NCBI GenBank assembly: GCA_050943735.1
Contig: JBMNPT010000008.1
Span: 15,531 to 79,530 of the forward strand
Direction of reading: 5' to 3'
DNA: 64,000 nt
From: Eubacteriales bacterium
GTDB lineage: Bacteria > Bacillota > Clostridia > Oscillospirales > RGIG577
The position numbers and the translations under genes are program-made. The notes under the pieces are model-generated. The model saw only the letters and a program-made list of their open reading frames with translations, did not search any database and was not told the DNA's origin. This document shows positions 27,306 to 38,161 of the stretch, in pieces (the stretch's first letter is position 1; each line of letters opens with the position of its first letter).

Positions 27306-29000
27306 ATGAAGGTATTGATTATCGGCGGTGTGGCAGGCGGCGCCACTGCGGCGGCCCGTCTGCGGCGGCTGGACGAATCGGCAGAAATTGTCATTCTGGA
27401 GCGTACCGGCTATGTGTCTTACGCCAACTGCGGGCTTCCCTACTACATCGGCGGCACCATCCAGAACAAACGGGCACTCACCCTGCAGACTCCCCAGAGT
27501 TTTGCATCTCGATTCCGCATTGATGTGCGAGTGCATCAGGAAGCCCTTTCCATCGACCCGGCCGCCAAAACCGTACAGGTGAAAAACCTGGAAACCGGCG
27601 AGGTATACACCGAATCCTATGACAAGCTGATCCTCTCTCCCGGCGCCAAGGCCGTCCGGCCCTCTATGCCGGGCATCGACAGCAGCCGGATCTTCACCCT
27701 GCGTACCGTAGAGGACACCTTCCGCATCCGGGAAACCCTGGACCAGCTGGCGCCCCGCAAAGCGGTGGTGATCGGCGGTGGCTTTATCGGCCTGGAAATG
27801 GCAGAAAATCTGGTGCATGCAGGCATCCAGACCACCCTTCTGCAGCGCAGCGGCCAGGTGATGCCTCCGCTGGATTCCGATATGGCGGCGTTGGTGCATG
27901 CCTATCTGCGTACCCAGCAGGTGGACCTGCGGCTCCATCAGGCAGTTGTGGGCTTTGAAGAGCGGGATGGACAGATCTATACCCTGCTGAAGGAAGGCGA
28001 ACCGGTAGCGGCCGACGTGGTCATTCTGGCCATCGGTGTGACCCCCGATTCCCATTTGGCCAAGGATGCAGGCCTACAGCTGGGCGCCAAGGATTCCATC
28101 GTCACCAACGAGCACATGCAGACCTCTCAGCCCGACATCTACGCGGTGGGGGACGCAGTGGAAGTGCGTCATTTTGTCACCGGCAAGCCCGCTCTCATCG
28201 CTCTGGCCGGTCCCGCCAACAAACAGGGCCGCATCGCCGCCGACCATATCTGCGGCCTGAACCGCGCATTCACCGGTTCTCAGGGCTCTTCGGTACTGAA
28301 GCTGTTTGATATGACCATCGCCGCTACCGGCATCAGTGAAAAAACTGCCCGGGCCAGCGACATTGCCTGCGACAAGGTGGTTACCTTCTCGGCTTCTCAC
28401 GCCACCTACTACCCCGGCTCCACCGATATGACCATCAAAACCATTTTCGACCCCCAGACCGGCAAGATTCTGGGTGCGCAGATTGTGGGCTTTGAAGGGG
28501 TGGATAAGCGAATCGACGTACTAGCCACTGCCATTCACGCGGGCATGACCTCTGCCGATCTGGAAGAGCTGGATCTGGCCTATGCTCCTCCCTATTCCTC
28601 TGCCAAAGACCCGGTCAACATGGCAGGCTTTGTCATTGAAAATCTGCGGACCGGTCTGGTGCGGCAGCATCACTGGGACGAAGTGGAGCAGCTGCCCCAG
28701 GATGGCAGTGTGATTCTGCTGGATGTGCGCACCACCGGAGAATTTGCCCGGGGTTCCATTCCAGGCGCGGTCAATATCCCGCTGGATGAACTTCGGGACC
28801 GGCTGGCGGAACTGGACCCCTCCAAGAAGATCTACGTCAACTGCCAGAGCGCTCTGCGCAGCTATCTGGCCTGCCGTATCCTCACCCAGCATGGCTTCTG
28901 GTGCAGCAACCTGTGCGGAGGATATCGCTTCTATGATTATATGATGCAGAATCGCTGCTTTGACAGCGACCCCGCCTATCCCTGCGGCATCAAAATGTAA
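27306..29000 (+). CDS. CoA-disulfide/persulfide reductase with C-terminal rhodanese domain
   Basis: GGVAGGA, SYANCGLPY, GGGFIGLE, YAPPYS; rhodanese NCQSALRS. Confidence 0.92.
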   Translation: MKVLIIGGVAGGATAAARLRRLDESAEIVILERTGYVSYANCGLPYYIGGTIQNKRALTLQTPQSFASRFRIDVRVHQEALSIDPAAKTVQVKNLETGEVYTESYDKLILSPGAKAVRPSMPGIDSSRIFTLRTVEDTFRIRETLDQLAPRKAVVIGGGFIGLEMAENLVHAGIQTTLLQRSGQVMPPLDSDMAALVHAYLRTQQVDLRLHQAVVGFEERDGQIYTLLKEGEPVAADVVILAIGVTPDSHLAKDAGLQLGAKDSIVTNEHMQTSQPDIYAVGDAVEVRHFVTGKPALIALAGPANKQGRIAADHICGLNRAFTGSQGSSVLKLFDMTIAATGISEKTARASDIACDKVVTFSASHATYYPGSTDMTIKTIFDPQTGKILGAQIVGFEGVDKRIDVLATAIHAGMTSADLEELDLAYAPPYSSAKDPVNMAGFVIENLRTGLVRQHHWDEVEQLPQDGSVILLDVRTTGEFARGSIPGAVNIPLDELRDRLAELDPSKKIYVNCQSALRSYLACRILTQHGFWCSNLCGGYRFYDYMMQNRCFDSDPAYPCGIKM

Positions 29001-29031
29001 AACAAAACCCCTCCCACCGGGAGGGGTTTTT

Positions 29032-30378
29032 TCACATGGCCAGGGAGCCGTTGTCGTCTTCCACCAGCAGGAGCAGTTCTTCCTCCCGGCCGGTCTGGGC
29101 ATTGATATACACCAGATATTTGCGATCCTCCTGATTGGTACACAAAAAGCCGTGTACCACCACTTCGCTTCCATCGGGACGCGGAATCACCGCCAGCTCA
29201 TACCCCACCGGAGTCAGCCGGCTATTGAGAGATTGTTCTGCCTCGGCGCGGCTGATGGCCGGCGGCTCAATCTCCCTCTGATGGTGATTCATCAGATAAT
29301 CTCCACTCTGCAAAAAGACGATTTCTCCATCATCCAGCGCCACACCAATCTCCACCAGATCGGGATAGCAGGTGTAGCCATGCTGCATGGCGGCATAACT
29401 GAGAGTCAGTACTCCATCCCGCTGCAGCGCATACCGCTGCCGCAAATCGGTGAACCCCTGCTGCAGCAGAAATTCCTCCGCCTTACGGGCCGCCCCATCA
29501 TGAGACAGACGAATTTCTCCCACTGTTCGGCTGTTGAGCAGCGACAGCGGATATCCGCCCTGTTGGGTGATTTCCACATACATTCGCTGACCATCTTCCT
29601 TCTCATGGACAAAACTGAAAGTGGGCATATTTCCCTCTCCTGCTCCCTCCATGGTGCATTCCTCAGGAGATACCCCCAGCAGCTGCGCGGCCCGTTCCTG
29701 TGCCTGCTGCTCAGACACCACAGGCTGGTCCTTCAAAAATACGCTCTCCCGCTGGGACATATGGTCGGAATAGGGACCGTCATACACCAGTGTGGGCAGA
29801 TCCACAAACTCTCCTTCCACCTGCGAAAAGGCATCCGCCAATGCGGGTAAGCCGTCCTGGCTCTGCCGGGTCATGCTGCGAATTTCCCATACTGTCAATT
29901 CTCCGTCGTTCACCTGCTGCTCCATGGTGCCCAATGCGCCGGACAGAGAGCTGGCATATTGAGAAAGAGTATCTAAGGTGGCCTGCTGTTCCGCGGAAGG
30001 TTCTTCTCCTCGGGCAGCCTTGAGGGCCACTGTCAGGGTATAGTCTCCCACCTGACTCATAAAGCGGGAGAGCTGATCCATCTGTACGCTGCTGAGGGGC
30101 AGCTGACCCATGGCGGCCTTGGCACTGCCCGCCTCTGCCCACAGTCGATTGGACAACTCCACCAGCCGATCCACCGAACTGGTGTGAATTCCTTTTTCCA
30201 AGGTGGCATCCACCGTTTTTACATAGTCCACCAAATCATAAAAAGCCCGCTGATAACTGGCTTCCACCGCTTGTCGATATTGTTCGGCTCGATGATACTG
30301 ATACACTGCCGCACCGCACAGCACCGCAATGGCGCATAGTGTATAACTCACCGCCCGCACCTGATCCCGTTTGGTCAA
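29032..30378 (-). CDS. ypeB: germination protein YpeB
   Basis: N-terminal TM, YQRAFYDL, QLPL, F.SQVGDY, PTLVYDGPYSDH, YPDLV, VYINA.TG.EE; TTG start likely (GTG at 30387 is an alternative). Confidence 0.92.
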   Translation of the reverse strand: MTKRDQVRAVSYTLCAIAVLCGAAVYQYHRAEQYRQAVEASYQRAFYDLVDYVKTVDATLEKGIHTSSVDRLVELSNRLWAEAGSAKAAMGQLPLSSVQMDQLSRFMSQVGDYTLTVALKAARGEEPSAEQQATLDTLSQYASSLSGALGTMEQQVNDGELTVWEIRSMTRQSQDGLPALADAFSQVEGEFVDLPTLVYDGPYSDHMSQRESVFLKDQPVVSEQQAQERAAQLLGVSPEECTMEGAGEGNMPTFSFVHEKEDGQRMYVEITQQGGYPLSLLNSRTVGEIRLSHDGAARKAEEFLLQQGFTDLRQRYALQRDGVLTLSYAAMQHGYTCYPDLVEIGVALDDGEIVFLQSGDYLMNHHQREIEPPAISRAEAEQSLNSRLTPVGYELAVIPRPDGSEVVVHGFLCTNQEDRKYLVYINAQTGREEELLLLVEDDNGSLAM

Positions 30379-30405
30379 TCTGTTCACATCCTTTGGCTTT
30401 TTTCA

Positions 30406-30435
30406 TAGCATGTGCCAAAGAAGGAGATTTCATAC
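30406..30435 (-). promoter_or_regulatory. sigmaG-like promoter of ypeB
   Basis: GTATG-N18-CATGCTA matches the forespore sigmaG pattern. Confidence 0.7.
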
Positions 30436-30451
30436 CCCACATTGCATACAT

Positions 30452-30491
30452 AAAAAGAACGGCGCCGGTCCAAACAGACCAGCGCCGTTTT
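30452..30491. terminator. terminator after gdhA
   Basis: AACGGCGC.GGTC-CAAACA-GACC.GCGCCGTT with A/T tails. Confidence 0.75.
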
Positions 30492-30522
30492 ATGATTCAC
30501 TTATGAGTGTGCCACAACAAAA

Positions 30523-32016
<1,494 letters not shown>

Positions 32017-32242
32017 TCAGAGAAATGTACGGAATTTCCCGGTAAAAAACCAATAATTTTTCCATTTTATTCTTTTTTTATGAAAGTTAATTCCATTATT
32101 ATGAATAAATTCCTGCATTTTTGCCATTTTACTCATCGTTGTGGCCGGCGTGCCAAATCAGCCTGTTCAGCCCCCTCTTCCCCCTGGATTCGGCTTGTGG
32201 TATAATGGTGCGGAAGTTGCAAAAAGGAGAGAGTATCTACTG

Positions 32243-33616
32243 ATGAAACCCTTGACACTCATCAATTTTCAGCTTTTGCGGCATATCTGCATCATTGCCA
32301 TTCCCATCGCGCTGCAAAATGTACTAGTCAACTGCCTCAATATGATGGACACCCTGATGCTTAGCCGGTTTGGTGAAAATCCGGTGGCGGCGGTGGGACT
32401 GGCCAATCAGCCCTTTTTTATCAGTACCATGATTATTTTCGGCCTCAGCTGTGGAGCGTGTGTGCTCACCAGCCAATACTACGGCGTGGGAAACTGGGAG
32501 GCCATCCGCAAAGTGCTTTCCATCGCCATGTCCATGGCGCTGGTGGTGGGAATCTCTATCTTCCTGCTGCTCTTTTTCTTTCCCCAGGAGGTGATGGGGT
32601 TTTATACCGACAAACCCCTGCTCATTGAAATGGGTGCCCAATATTTACGCATTGCCTCCTTCTCCTACTTTTTTATGACCCTCTCGACCACCTATCTGGG
32701 GATCGTGGTATCCATCGGCGCACCCCAGCTGCCCCTCAAAATCAATGTGCTGGCGCTGGTGCTCAACACCACACTCAACGCCATCCTCATCTTTGGCTTG
32801 CTGGGTTTTCCGGCACTGGAAGTCCGAGGGGCCGCTATTGCCACCGTCATCGCCCGAATGGTGGAATTCGCTCTGGTGGCCTACTTTCTGTTTGGCCCCC
32901 GCAGTCTGGTGCGGCTGCGTCTGAGCGACCTGTTTCATTTTGACCGCCCACTGTTTCAGGACTACATCCGATATGGTATGCCGGTGCTGTGCAACGAATT
33001 CCTGTGGGGATTCGGCACCTCTCTGTATTCAGTGATTTTGGGACACACTTCGGAATTTGTGGTCACCGCCTACAATTTTGTCCTGATTGTGGAACGGATG
33101 GTCAATGCCTATGTGCTGGGAATCGGCCGGGCCGCCGGAGTGCTGGTGGGCATGGAAATGGGACGCAACAATCCCAAAGAAGCCTACCGGCAGGCTAGGT
33201 ATATGCTGGTATTCGCCGCAATCATGGGAGCACTGTCCCTGCTGATCTATCTGTTTCTCCGCATACTGGTGGGCCTGCCCATCACCGCAGAACTTTTGGA
33301 TTTTGAACCGGCCACCATGCAGGCTCTGTCTGCCATGATGCTGGTGGAAGTGCTCATCGCCATTCCCCGGGGTGTGCAGACGGTATGCATCATCGGCGTC
33401 CTGCGGGGCGGCGGCGATACCTTTTTCGCCACTCTGGCGGACACCGGCCCCATCTATCTGGGCTGTCTGCCTCTGGGGTTTCTTGGATTCAAATTGGGCG
33501 CCCCAGTCTTTGTACTCTATTTGCTGTTACGCAGCGACGACATCATCAAACTGTGCCTGGTGCTGTGGCGATTCCGCAGCCGTCGATGGATGCGAAATGT
33601 CACCCGTCCAGGTTGA
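32243..33616 (+). CDS. MATE-family efflux transporter
   Basis: IAIPIALQN...MDTLM, AAVGLANQ, GAAIATVIAR, GVLRGGGDT; about 12 TM. Confidence 0.92.
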   Translation: MKPLTLINFQLLRHICIIAIPIALQNVLVNCLNMMDTLMLSRFGENPVAAVGLANQPFFISTMIIFGLSCGACVLTSQYYGVGNWEAIRKVLSIAMSMALVVGISIFLLLFFFPQEVMGFYTDKPLLIEMGAQYLRIASFSYFFMTLSTTYLGIVVSIGAPQLPLKINVLALVLNTTLNAILIFGLLGFPALEVRGAAIATVIARMVEFALVAYFLFGPRSLVRLRLSDLFHFDRPLFQDYIRYGMPVLCNEFLWGFGTSLYSVILGHTSEFVVTAYNFVLIVERMVNAYVLGIGRAAGVLVGMEMGRNNPKEAYRQARYMLVFAAIMGALSLLIYLFLRILVGLPITAELLDFEPATMQALSAMMLVEVLIAIPRGVQTVCIIGVLRGGGDTFFATLADTGPIYLGCLPLGFLGFKLGAPVFVLYLLLRSDDIIKLCLVLWRFRSRRWMRNVTRPG

Positions 33617-33651
33617 CAAAAACGCCGTTCCCAAATGGGAACGGCGTTTTT
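33617..33651. terminator. bidirectional terminator between MATE and sleB
   Basis: AAAAACGCCGTTCCCA-AA-TGGGAACGGCGTTTTT. Confidence 0.9.
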
Positions 33652-33653
33652 CA

Positions 33654-34352
33654 CTATTTGGCAAAGACGTGGCTGCCGATGGTTTTGATCACCGGGCGGC
33701 TGTAAATCCACTGGCTAGTGGCTGTTTTGGGGTTGTAGTAGTAAATGGCACCGCCACTAGGATCGGCGCCGCTCAGCGCCATATCGGCTGCGCGGTAACA
33801 GCTCTCTTCCATTTCAGCGTCAATCTGCCCATCGGCCACAGCAGTAAAGGCCAGGGGTTGATACACCACGCCGGCAATGGTATTGGGGAAGGAGGGGTGC
33901 TCCACCCGATTGAGTATCACCGCTCCTACCGCCACCTGTCCGGTGAAAGGCTCTCCTCGGGCCTCTCCATTGATCACCCGGGCCAACAAGTTACGGTCAC
34001 TAGCGCTGACACTCTGGGTGCCCCCAGTCTGGGCACTGCCATCCTCCTGGATACCCAGAGCCGCCAACGTTTTGGGGCCCACCACTCCATCTGCCTGCAG
34101 TCCGTTTTTCTGCTGGAAATAGATGACCGCCTTACGGGTCTGTTCCCCGTAAATGCCGTCGATGGTGCCGTTGAAATACCCCCAGTTGGTCAGCTTTTTC
34201 TGAATCACCCGAACGGTCTCCCCCCGGCTGCCTAGGGTGATCACCGCCGTTTCCACCGCATCCTGCTGGGCCTGCTGACATCCTGCGGCCAGCAGCAATG
34301 TCAGGGTCAGCAGCACTACGGCCTGCAAAACCTGTATCCATTTTCGTCTCAT
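33654..34352 (-). CDS. sleB: spore cortex-lytic enzyme SleB
   Basis: Signal peptide, PG_binding_1 domain, LLARVINGEARGEP..GQVAVGAVILNR, YYYNP. Confidence 0.93.
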   Translation of the reverse strand: MRRKWIQVLQAVVLLTLTLLLAAGCQQAQQDAVETAVITLGSRGETVRVIQKKLTNWGYFNGTIDGIYGEQTRKAVIYFQQKNGLQADGVVGPKTLAALGIQEDGSAQTGGTQSVSASDRNLLARVINGEARGEPFTGQVAVGAVILNRVEHPSFPNTIAGVVYQPLAFTAVADGQIDAEMEESCYRAADMALSGADPSGGAIYYYNPKTATSQWIYSRPVIKTIGSHVFAK

Positions 34353-34354
34353 AG

Positions 34355-34418
34355 AAAAAACCTCTCTTACACAGCTGATCTTTCACTGCCAGTTTGTGCA
34401 AAAGAGGTTTTTTTATGC
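34355..34418 (-). promoter_or_regulatory. sigmaG-like promoter embedded in an RBS-occluding terminator hairpin
   Basis: GCATA-N17-CAAACTG; stem AAAAAACCTCTTTTGCACA / TGTGTAAGAGAGGTTTTTT includes the sleB SD. Confidence 0.7.
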
Positions 34419-34429
34419 GTTTTTCTGTA

Positions 34430-35044
34430 TCAGGAGGCGGTTTGCTCCACAGCCGCGGCTTGTGCCACCAGCTGCAGTTCATCACCGCTGTCCGCTCGGT
34501 AGGTGGCAATGCTCTGGCGCATATAGTCGCTGTCGTCCACCTGCATTTCGCCGGTGCGAGGATGTACCGTCACATATATCTCTGAAGGCTCCACGTCGGG
34601 GGAGGAATTGGTGGCGGCCTTTACCACAAAGTAATAAACACCCTGCAAACTCTCCCGGCTGCTCCAGTCTTTGGGCTGGAAAGTGGGGAGCGAAAAACAG
34701 TACGCCGCTCCATATTCATCGGCCACCTTTTGCGCTGCCTGCTGAAAGGTCACCCGGGGCGTCGTCATGGCAAACAGCACCAGAATCACGGTGATCACAC
34801 CGCCGCCCAGAGCCAGCCGGCCCCATTGCTTTTTCATACCCGCCTCAATGACAAAGGGCAGGCAGGCCACCGCAATGGCCGCGGCATTGATATAGTTGAG
34901 GCTGTACAGCCACAAAAAGTCCGAGCTATTGCGCAGGTGTAAATACCCGGCGGTGAGCAGAAACAGCAGCACCGACACCCCCAGCAGCCACAGACGGCTG
35001 CGGGGAGAACGGCGGGCAGAAGAAGTCTGTCTGGCTGTCATCAT
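34430..35044 (-). CDS. hypothetical membrane protein (3 TM plus soluble domain)
   Basis: Starts 3 nt after the thrS stop; three hydrophobic helices. Confidence 0.65.
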   Translation of the reverse strand: MMTARQTSSARRSPRSRLWLLGVSVLLFLLTAGYLHLRNSSDFLWLYSLNYINAAAIAVACLPFVIEAGMKKQWGRLALGGGVITVILVLFAMTTPRVTFQQAAQKVADEYGAAYCFSLPTFQPKDWSSRESLQGVYYFVVKAATNSSPDVEPSEIYVTVHPRTGEMQVDDSDYMRQSIATYRADSGDELQLVAQAAAVEQTAS

Positions 35045-35047
35045 TCG

Positions 35048-36997
35048 TCACCCAATGACCTTGCGGTCCACTACGTCCACGATTTCCGCCACGAAGTCCT
35101 GACAGGACATCACACGGTTTGCCTGCTGGCCCCGCAGACGCACAGACACTTCGCCCTTTTCCACCTCGCTGTCGCCGATGATCAGCATATAGGGGATCTT
35201 TTCCATCTGGGCTTCCCGAATCTTAAAGCCGGTCTTTTCGCTGCGGGTATCCACCGTCACCCGGATGCCCTTAGCTTCCAGAGCGGCCTTCACCTGATCG
35301 CAGTAGTCGTTGTGCCGGTCGGCGATGGGCAGAATCCGTACCTGTTCCGGACACATCCAGCAGGGCAGAGCGCCGGCGTATTTTTCGATCAGCAGAGCCA
35401 GGGTACGTTCGTAGCAGCCCATGCTGGTACGGTGGATGATATAGGGATTGACCTTCTTGCCATCCCGGTCCACATATTCCATGCCAAACTTTTTGGCCAG
35501 CAGCAGGTCGATCTGAATGGTTACAAGAGTATCTTCCTTGCCGAACACATTCTTGCACTGGATGTCCAGCTTGGGACCATAGAAAGCCGCCTCATCAATG
35601 CCCACAGTGTAGTCCACACCCAGATGATCCAGAATGCGGCCCATGATGCTTTGAGCTTCATCCCATTGCTCGGGAGTGCCCTCGTACTTGTTTTCCGGAT
35701 TGGCCGGATCCCACTGAGAGAACCGGAAGGTGCAGTCTTCCAACAGGCCCAGGGTACCAAGGCAATATTTGGCAAGATCCAGACAGCCCTTAAATTCCTC
35801 TTCCAGCTGGTCGGGACGGATAATCAGATGACCCTCGGAAATGGTGAACTGCCGCACCCGGATCAGGCCGTGCATTTCGCCGGAGGCCTCGTTGCGGAAC
35901 AGCGTGGAGGTCTCGCCCAGACGCATGGGCAGATCCCGGTAGGAGCGGCCCCGATTGAGGAATACCTGATACTGGAAGGGACAGGTCATGGGGCGCAGCG
36001 CAAAGCACTCCTTGGTCTCATCATGAGGATCGCCAATGATGAACATGCCGTCCAGATAGTGATCCCAGTGGCCGGAAATTTTATAGAGATCGCTCTTGGC
36101 CATCAGAGGAGTCTTGGTGAGTTGATAGCCGCGCTTCTGTTCCTCGTCCTCAATCCAGCGCTGCAGCAGCTGAATCACCCGCGCGCCCTTGGGCAGCAGG
36201 ATGGGCAGGCCCTGACCTACGCAGTCCACCGTAGTGAAGTACTCCAGCTCCCGGCCCAGTCGGTTGTGATCCCGCTTTTTGGCCTCCTCCAACTTGGTCA
36301 GATGCTCTTCCAGCATAGCCGCCTTGGGGAAGGAAACGCCGTAGATCCGGCGCAGCATTTTGTTTTTCTCGCTGCCCCGCCAGTAGGCACCGGTGACGCT
36401 GAGCAGCTTGATGGCCTTGATGCCGGAGATGTCCTGCAGATGAGGACCGGCGCACAGGTCGGTAAACTCATCACCCTGTTTGTAGAAGGAGATCACAGCG
36501 TCCTCGGGCAGGTCACGGATCAGCTCTTCCTTGTAGGGCTCGTCCTGCTCTTTGGCCCAGGCCAGCGCCTCTTCCCGAGACAGTTCAAACCGGGTGAGAG
36601 CCAGCTTTTCCTTGACGATCTTCTTCATCTCGTCCTCAATGCGGGAAAGCTCCTCCGGGGTCCACTGCTCCTCGGTGTCAAAATCATAGTAAAATCCATT
36701 GTCGGTGGAAGGGCCAATGGCCAGCTTCACCTGAGGGTACAACCGCTTGACCGCCTGGGCCAGCACATGAGAAGTGGTGTGCCAGAAGGTCTTTTTGCCC
36801 TCCATATCATCAAAGGTCAGCACTTTGAAGTCACAATCAGTGGTGAGCGGAGTGTTCAAGTCCATGGTAGTGCCATTGATCTGCACCGCCATGGCGGCCC
36901 GATACAGCCCCATGCTGATGTCCTTGGTCACCTGCGCTGCGGACACACCGCTTTCGTACTCTTTTTCGCTTCCGTCTGCCAGTTTGATCTTGATCAT
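35048..36997 (-). CDS. thrS: threonine-tRNA ligase
   Basis: TGS domain, WHTTSH, DLCAGPH, RDHNRLG, RPMTCP, FRNEASG, AAFYGPKLD, IHR. Confidence 0.97.
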   Translation of the reverse strand: MIKIKLADGSEKEYESGVSAAQVTKDISMGLYRAAMAVQINGTTMDLNTPLTTDCDFKVLTFDDMEGKKTFWHTTSHVLAQAVKRLYPQVKLAIGPSTDNGFYYDFDTEEQWTPEELSRIEDEMKKIVKEKLALTRFELSREEALAWAKEQDEPYKEELIRDLPEDAVISFYKQGDEFTDLCAGPHLQDISGIKAIKLLSVTGAYWRGSEKNKMLRRIYGVSFPKAAMLEEHLTKLEEAKKRDHNRLGRELEYFTTVDCVGQGLPILLPKGARVIQLLQRWIEDEEQKRGYQLTKTPLMAKSDLYKISGHWDHYLDGMFIIGDPHDETKECFALRPMTCPFQYQVFLNRGRSYRDLPMRLGETSTLFRNEASGEMHGLIRVRQFTISEGHLIIRPDQLEEEFKGCLDLAKYCLGTLGLLEDCTFRFSQWDPANPENKYEGTPEQWDEAQSIMGRILDHLGVDYTVGIDEAAFYGPKLDIQCKNVFGKEDTLVTIQIDLLLAKKFGMEYVDRDGKKVNPYIIHRTSMGCYERTLALLIEKYAGALPCWMCPEQVRILPIADRHNDYCDQVKAALEAKGIRVTVDTRSEKTGFKIREAQMEKIPYMLIIGDSEVEKGEVSVRLRGQQANRVMSCQDFVAEIVDVVDRKVIG

Positions 36998-37012
36998 TTT
37001 TTCTTCTCCTTT

Positions 37013-37121
37013 CGACGCGGCACTACGAACGCCGCCGCCATTGCATCCGCGACTCTGCCGCGGACAGACGCCCTTTTGCGTCTGTATGTTCTATTATAGG
37101 AGTGTCAAATTGGAATGTCAA
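37013..37121 (-). promoter_or_regulatory. thrS promoter and three-hairpin leader with CGU anticodon-like loop
   Basis: TTGACA-N17-TATAAT (37121-37093); hairpins ACAGACGC/GCGTCTGT, TCCGCG/CGCGGA and GCGGCG-TTCGTAG-TGCCGC next to SD AAAGGAG. Confidence 0.7.
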
Positions 37122-37149
37122 CCGCCAGAAGCCGCCAGTTAGGCCAAAT

Positions 37150-37185
37150 AAAAGACGGGGAAGAAAGCTCTTCCCCGTCTTTTTG
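37150..37185 (-). terminator. terminator after the sugar kinase
   Basis: AAAAGACGGGGAAGA-AAGC-TCTTCCCCGTCTTTT. Confidence 0.85.
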
Positions 37186-37195
37186 CACTGTTTTG

Positions 37196-38143
37196 TCAGC
37201 GATAAATCGCTTCGATGTGATTGAGTACCCGATCCAGTTCTCTTCTGGGACGATATCCTTCCATGTCACCCCGCACACTGATGGCAAAAGCGCCCATGAT
37301 ATTGCCCATTTTTCCGCACAGCTCCAGGGATTTGCCCTCCAGGAAACCGCACAGAAAACCTGCGTCAAAAGCGTCGCCGGCGCCCACCGGGTCCACCTTT
37401 TTGGCGGGATGGGGATCGGACATGATCTGATCACCCCGGTCAGCCACCACAGCACCCTTGCTGCCCAGCTTGATGGCCATGGAACGGGCGCCGAATTCCC
37501 GCAGCTGCCCGATGATGGTGTCCACATCCCGGGTGCCCAGCAGAATTTCCGCCTCGTCCAGTCCCATCAGCACAATGTCCGACTTTTTCAGGATGGGTAG
37601 CAGGGTTTCCTTGGCCTTTTCCCGACTCCACAGCCGCAGACGGATGTTGGGGTCAAAGCTGACCAGCACGCCGTCCTTTTTGGCCACATCCACAATGTGC
37701 ATGGTGGCCCGGGCACAGTCATCACTGAGCGCGGGGGTAATGCCCGTCACATGGACCACCCGGGCATCACGGATGTAATCCTCATCGATGTCCTCCGGCA
37801 CCAGCGTGCTGGCGGCACTGCCTTTCCGGTAGTACATGACGGTGGTTTCCTCACCCTCATTGATCTGCTTGAACATCACACCGGTGGGATGGGTGGGGTC
37901 CATCACCACGCGGCTGGTATCCACGCCTTCCCCGCTGATTTCCTTGATGATGTACTCACCAAATACGTCGTCTCCCACCTTGCTGATCCAGCCGGTGGAA
38001 TGCCCCAGCTTTTTCAGTCCGGTGGCAAAGTTGCTCTCCGCACCCGCATACCGCTTGCGGAATTCACTGACATACTTGAGAGACCCGCTGTCTCTGGGAA
38101 CAAACAACACCATAGCTTCACCTAAGGTCACTACTTCCGGCAT
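37196..38143 (-). CDS. PfkB-family sugar kinase (KdgK-like)
   Basis: GAESN.A, GDD.FG, HVTGIT, FDPNIR..LW, DPVGAGDAF. Confidence 0.92.
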   Translation of the reverse strand: MPEVVTLGEAMVLFVPRDSGSLKYVSEFRKRYAGAESNFATGLKKLGHSTGWISKVGDDVFGEYIIKEISGEGVDTSRVVMDPTHPTGVMFKQINEGEETTVMYYRKGSAASTLVPEDIDEDYIRDARVVHVTGITPALSDDCARATMHIVDVAKKDGVLVSFDPNIRLRLWSREKAKETLLPILKKSDIVLMGLDEAEILLGTRDVDTIIGQLREFGARSMAIKLGSKGAVVADRGDQIMSDPHPAKKVDPVGAGDAFDAGFLCGFLEGKSLELCGKMGNIMGAFAISVRGDMEGYRPRRELDRVLNHIEAIYR

Positions 38144-38161
38144 GATCATCTCTCCTTTGTT

